DNA of 64,000 nucleotides from Candidatus Gottesmanbacteria bacterium (GTDB lineage Bacteria > Patescibacteriota > Microgenomatia > UBA10105 > UBA927), in NCBI GenBank assembly GCA_963711735.1, contig CAVQFA010000005.1, positions 7,525-71,524 of the forward strand, given 5' to 3'. The notes under the pieces are model-generated. The model did not search any database. It worked only from the letters and a program-made list of their open reading frames with translations, and was not told the origin of the DNA. The position numbers were made by a program, and so were the translations under genes. The stretch's first letter is position 1, and each line of letters opens with the position of its first letter. This document shows positions 62,169 to 64,000 of the stretch, piece by piece.

Positions 62169-62669
62169 TTACTCAGCACTCACGAGCCGACGACTTTGAT
62201 GAAGCTGTGTTTTTCTTGTCAAGTCATATAAAAATACACGCTCGCTGATTTGCTGAAGAGAAAGAGTAATGATTTCCCACGTCCTTCCGGCCTCCTCCCG
62301 TTCATGCTGATTGGGGTCATAATCACCGTATGTCATACTTAACGTAGCGGTCCACTGTTCGTATCTGAGTATCAAAGCCCTGTTCCTGTTATCCTGTGGT
62401 CTTTTTCTGAGTATTATGCTTATGTCCGGAGGCTGGGAAATTTCCGTGCGCCATGCTCCTTCCAAACAGGTTAGTTTCCCTGCCGTTTCAGGATCTATAT
62501 CAGGAATTGCGCCGATTAATGATCGTAATGGGGTTATGACATCGGCATTCCGGGCACCTGGCTCCGCTTGAGTGTCATACAGAGATTTGAAAATCCCGGT
62601 TATTTGTTCAACTGCTGCGCAAAGACCATTTCCGGATGGTAAATCTACTCTTCTATATTGTTCGATCAT
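62169..62669 (-). CDS. Hypothetical protein; probable paralog of 61613-62110
   Basis: 166 aa; LIGAIPDID...W. Confidence 0.65.
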   Translation of the reverse strand: MIEQYRRVDLPSGNGLCAAVEQITGIFKSLYDTQAEPGARNADVITPLRSLIGAIPDIDPETAGKLTCLEGAWRTEISQPPDISIILRKRPQDNRNRALILRYEQWTATLSMTYGDYDPNQHEREEAGRTWEIITLSLQQISERVFLYDLTRKTQLHQSRRLVSAE

Positions 62670-62842
62670 GCTGATTTAGGTTGGCATGGGATTGTGGCCG
62701 GATAATACGGGTTTTTTTGGCATCCGTCAAGCAGAGTAAAAATTCAATTTGTCCTATCAGAAACTCAAAAAAGATGTTCATACGAGAAAATTGATATTGT
62801 TTCAGATGGTATGATATACTCCAGGCAATTGTCATTCAAACT

Positions 62843-63379
62843 ATGATTGAAAGAAATCCACTGGAATTGCTTGTTTACGATTATCCTGACTGGTATCTGC
62901 CTGTCCGCGGTGCCGTAAGTACGCTTTGTATCACGAATGCTCCGAACCGGGTGGCAGAAAGGTATTTACCAATTGATCCGGATCATTTTTCCGTTGCAAT
63001 AATACAACATGTCGGAATTCTACCCCTGGTTATTGCTGTCGGACCTGTTGATTTACTGGGAAACACGCAAGTTATAACAGGCGGTTCCGCACCGGAAATT
63101 TCTTTTTTAACACTTTTTACACGAGCCGGAATGAGCAATATTCTGACACAGTATTATATTGATGATGGTATTCCACAATCTGAAATCAGCATATCAGAAC
63201 CGCTTTCGTCCGGAATGGATTCACAACCGTTTGGCGGGTCAATAAGAAAATCGGATTTCATCATGCCGGGTGCCGAACAAACCGGAATACTTGTCGTTTG
63301 TCCGGGTTGGACTATGAAGGGGGACAAACGAAGAGATCCTCCGATTTCCGGCATTTGGTTCCCCTCAAACCTCTCATGA
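62843..63379 (+). CDS. Hypothetical protein
   Basis: 178-aa ORF; TGATATACT upstream; ATGA overlap with next gene. Confidence 0.55.
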   Translation: MIERNPLELLVYDYPDWYLPVRGAVSTLCITNAPNRVAERYLPIDPDHFSVAIIQHVGILPLVIAVGPVDLLGNTQVITGGSAPEISFLTLFTRAGMSNILTQYYIDDGIPQSEISISEPLSSGMDSQPFGGSIRKSDFIMPGAEQTGILVVCPGWTMKGDKRRDPPISGIWFPSNLS

Positions 63380-63948
63380 TATCAGAGTCTGAATTACCGC
63401 TTCTGAGACAAAGAATGGGTTGTACGCCCGCTGATGATGTTGCGTATGAAGCGATAACCGGCAGGTGGCAGGATTATCTGGATAATTTGCAGACTACCCG
63501 TCCTCTTTGGAATGAGGGTATCCAGTGGGAGCCGGAAAAGCCGACCTTCAATGATTTCCTCATAGGAATGAAAATTACTGTTGTAAGCGTTGATGATTTT
63601 GGACGCGTCGCCGGATTTGCATATATACGCCGGATCCGGGCTATGTATGACCGGACGAAGGAGATGGTTTTTGCATCGACGTCAGCATACATAGTACCGG
63701 GTGACAACAGGTCTGTCGGGTTGTCAAGAATTGTTATCAGTGCTGTGCATGAGAAAGTCTGTTCGCTCTATAAAAATTCAGGAGAGCGCCGGCCACTTCT
63801 TTTTTTTGAGTCTATGATTATTCCGGAAACAGATAAAACCGGAGGAATCCGCATGGGCATCGGGAGAATTCTTATGGACCTCGGGTATTCACAACCGTAC
63901 GGGGATGCAGAGTATTTGTTTGTAAAAGAACTTGAACCTTGCGTCTGA
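63376..63948 (+). CDS. Possible GNAT-fold acetyltransferase
   Basis: VSVDD.GRVAGFAY, YIVP..NRSVGLS (motif A-like), L..LGY; ATGA coupling. Confidence 0.5.
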   Translation: MISESELPLLRQRMGCTPADDVAYEAITGRWQDYLDNLQTTRPLWNEGIQWEPEKPTFNDFLIGMKITVVSVDDFGRVAGFAYIRRIRAMYDRTKEMVFASTSAYIVPGDNRSVGLSRIVISAVHEKVCSLYKNSGERRPLLFFESMIIPETDKTGGIRMGIGRILMDLGYSQPYGDAEYLFVKELEPCV

Positions 63949-64000
63949 CAACGCAGGGCTGTAAATCGGAATAAGAATGGTATATACTCCCAATCGTATG

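Overview
Bacterial chromosomal window, genetic code 11. The gene set (split ComEC, GspG-like pilins, many GT-C membrane proteins, ORFan-rich) suggests Patescibacteria/CPR, probably Microgenomates; this is an inference. Layout: (1) 1-18.2 kb, a surface-glycosylation cluster (GT2s, GT-C membrane proteins, epimerase, two sugar aminotransferases, methyl- and acyltransferase, O-antigen-ligase/TPR protein) whose intergenic spaces hold two homologous ~170-nt structured elements; (2) three type IV pilin-like genes, two with Pro/Thr-rich tails; (3) a ~20-kb minus-strand gene (~6,690 aa after repairing 9 single-base indels) with a partial tyrosine-recombinase core-binding (CB) domain, one TM helix, ~4,800 residues of G-X-T collagen and a phage-tail-fibre-like C-terminus, directly downstream of a CB-only gene with no catalytic domain; (4) leuS, comEA, split comEC, argS, thermonuclease, CAP protein, lepA and ORFans. 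A frameshift in essential leuS shows the assembly has indel errors, so most frameshifts are probably artefacts. Best novelty candidates: the recombinase-CB/giant-collagen locus and the twin structured ncRNA-like elements.
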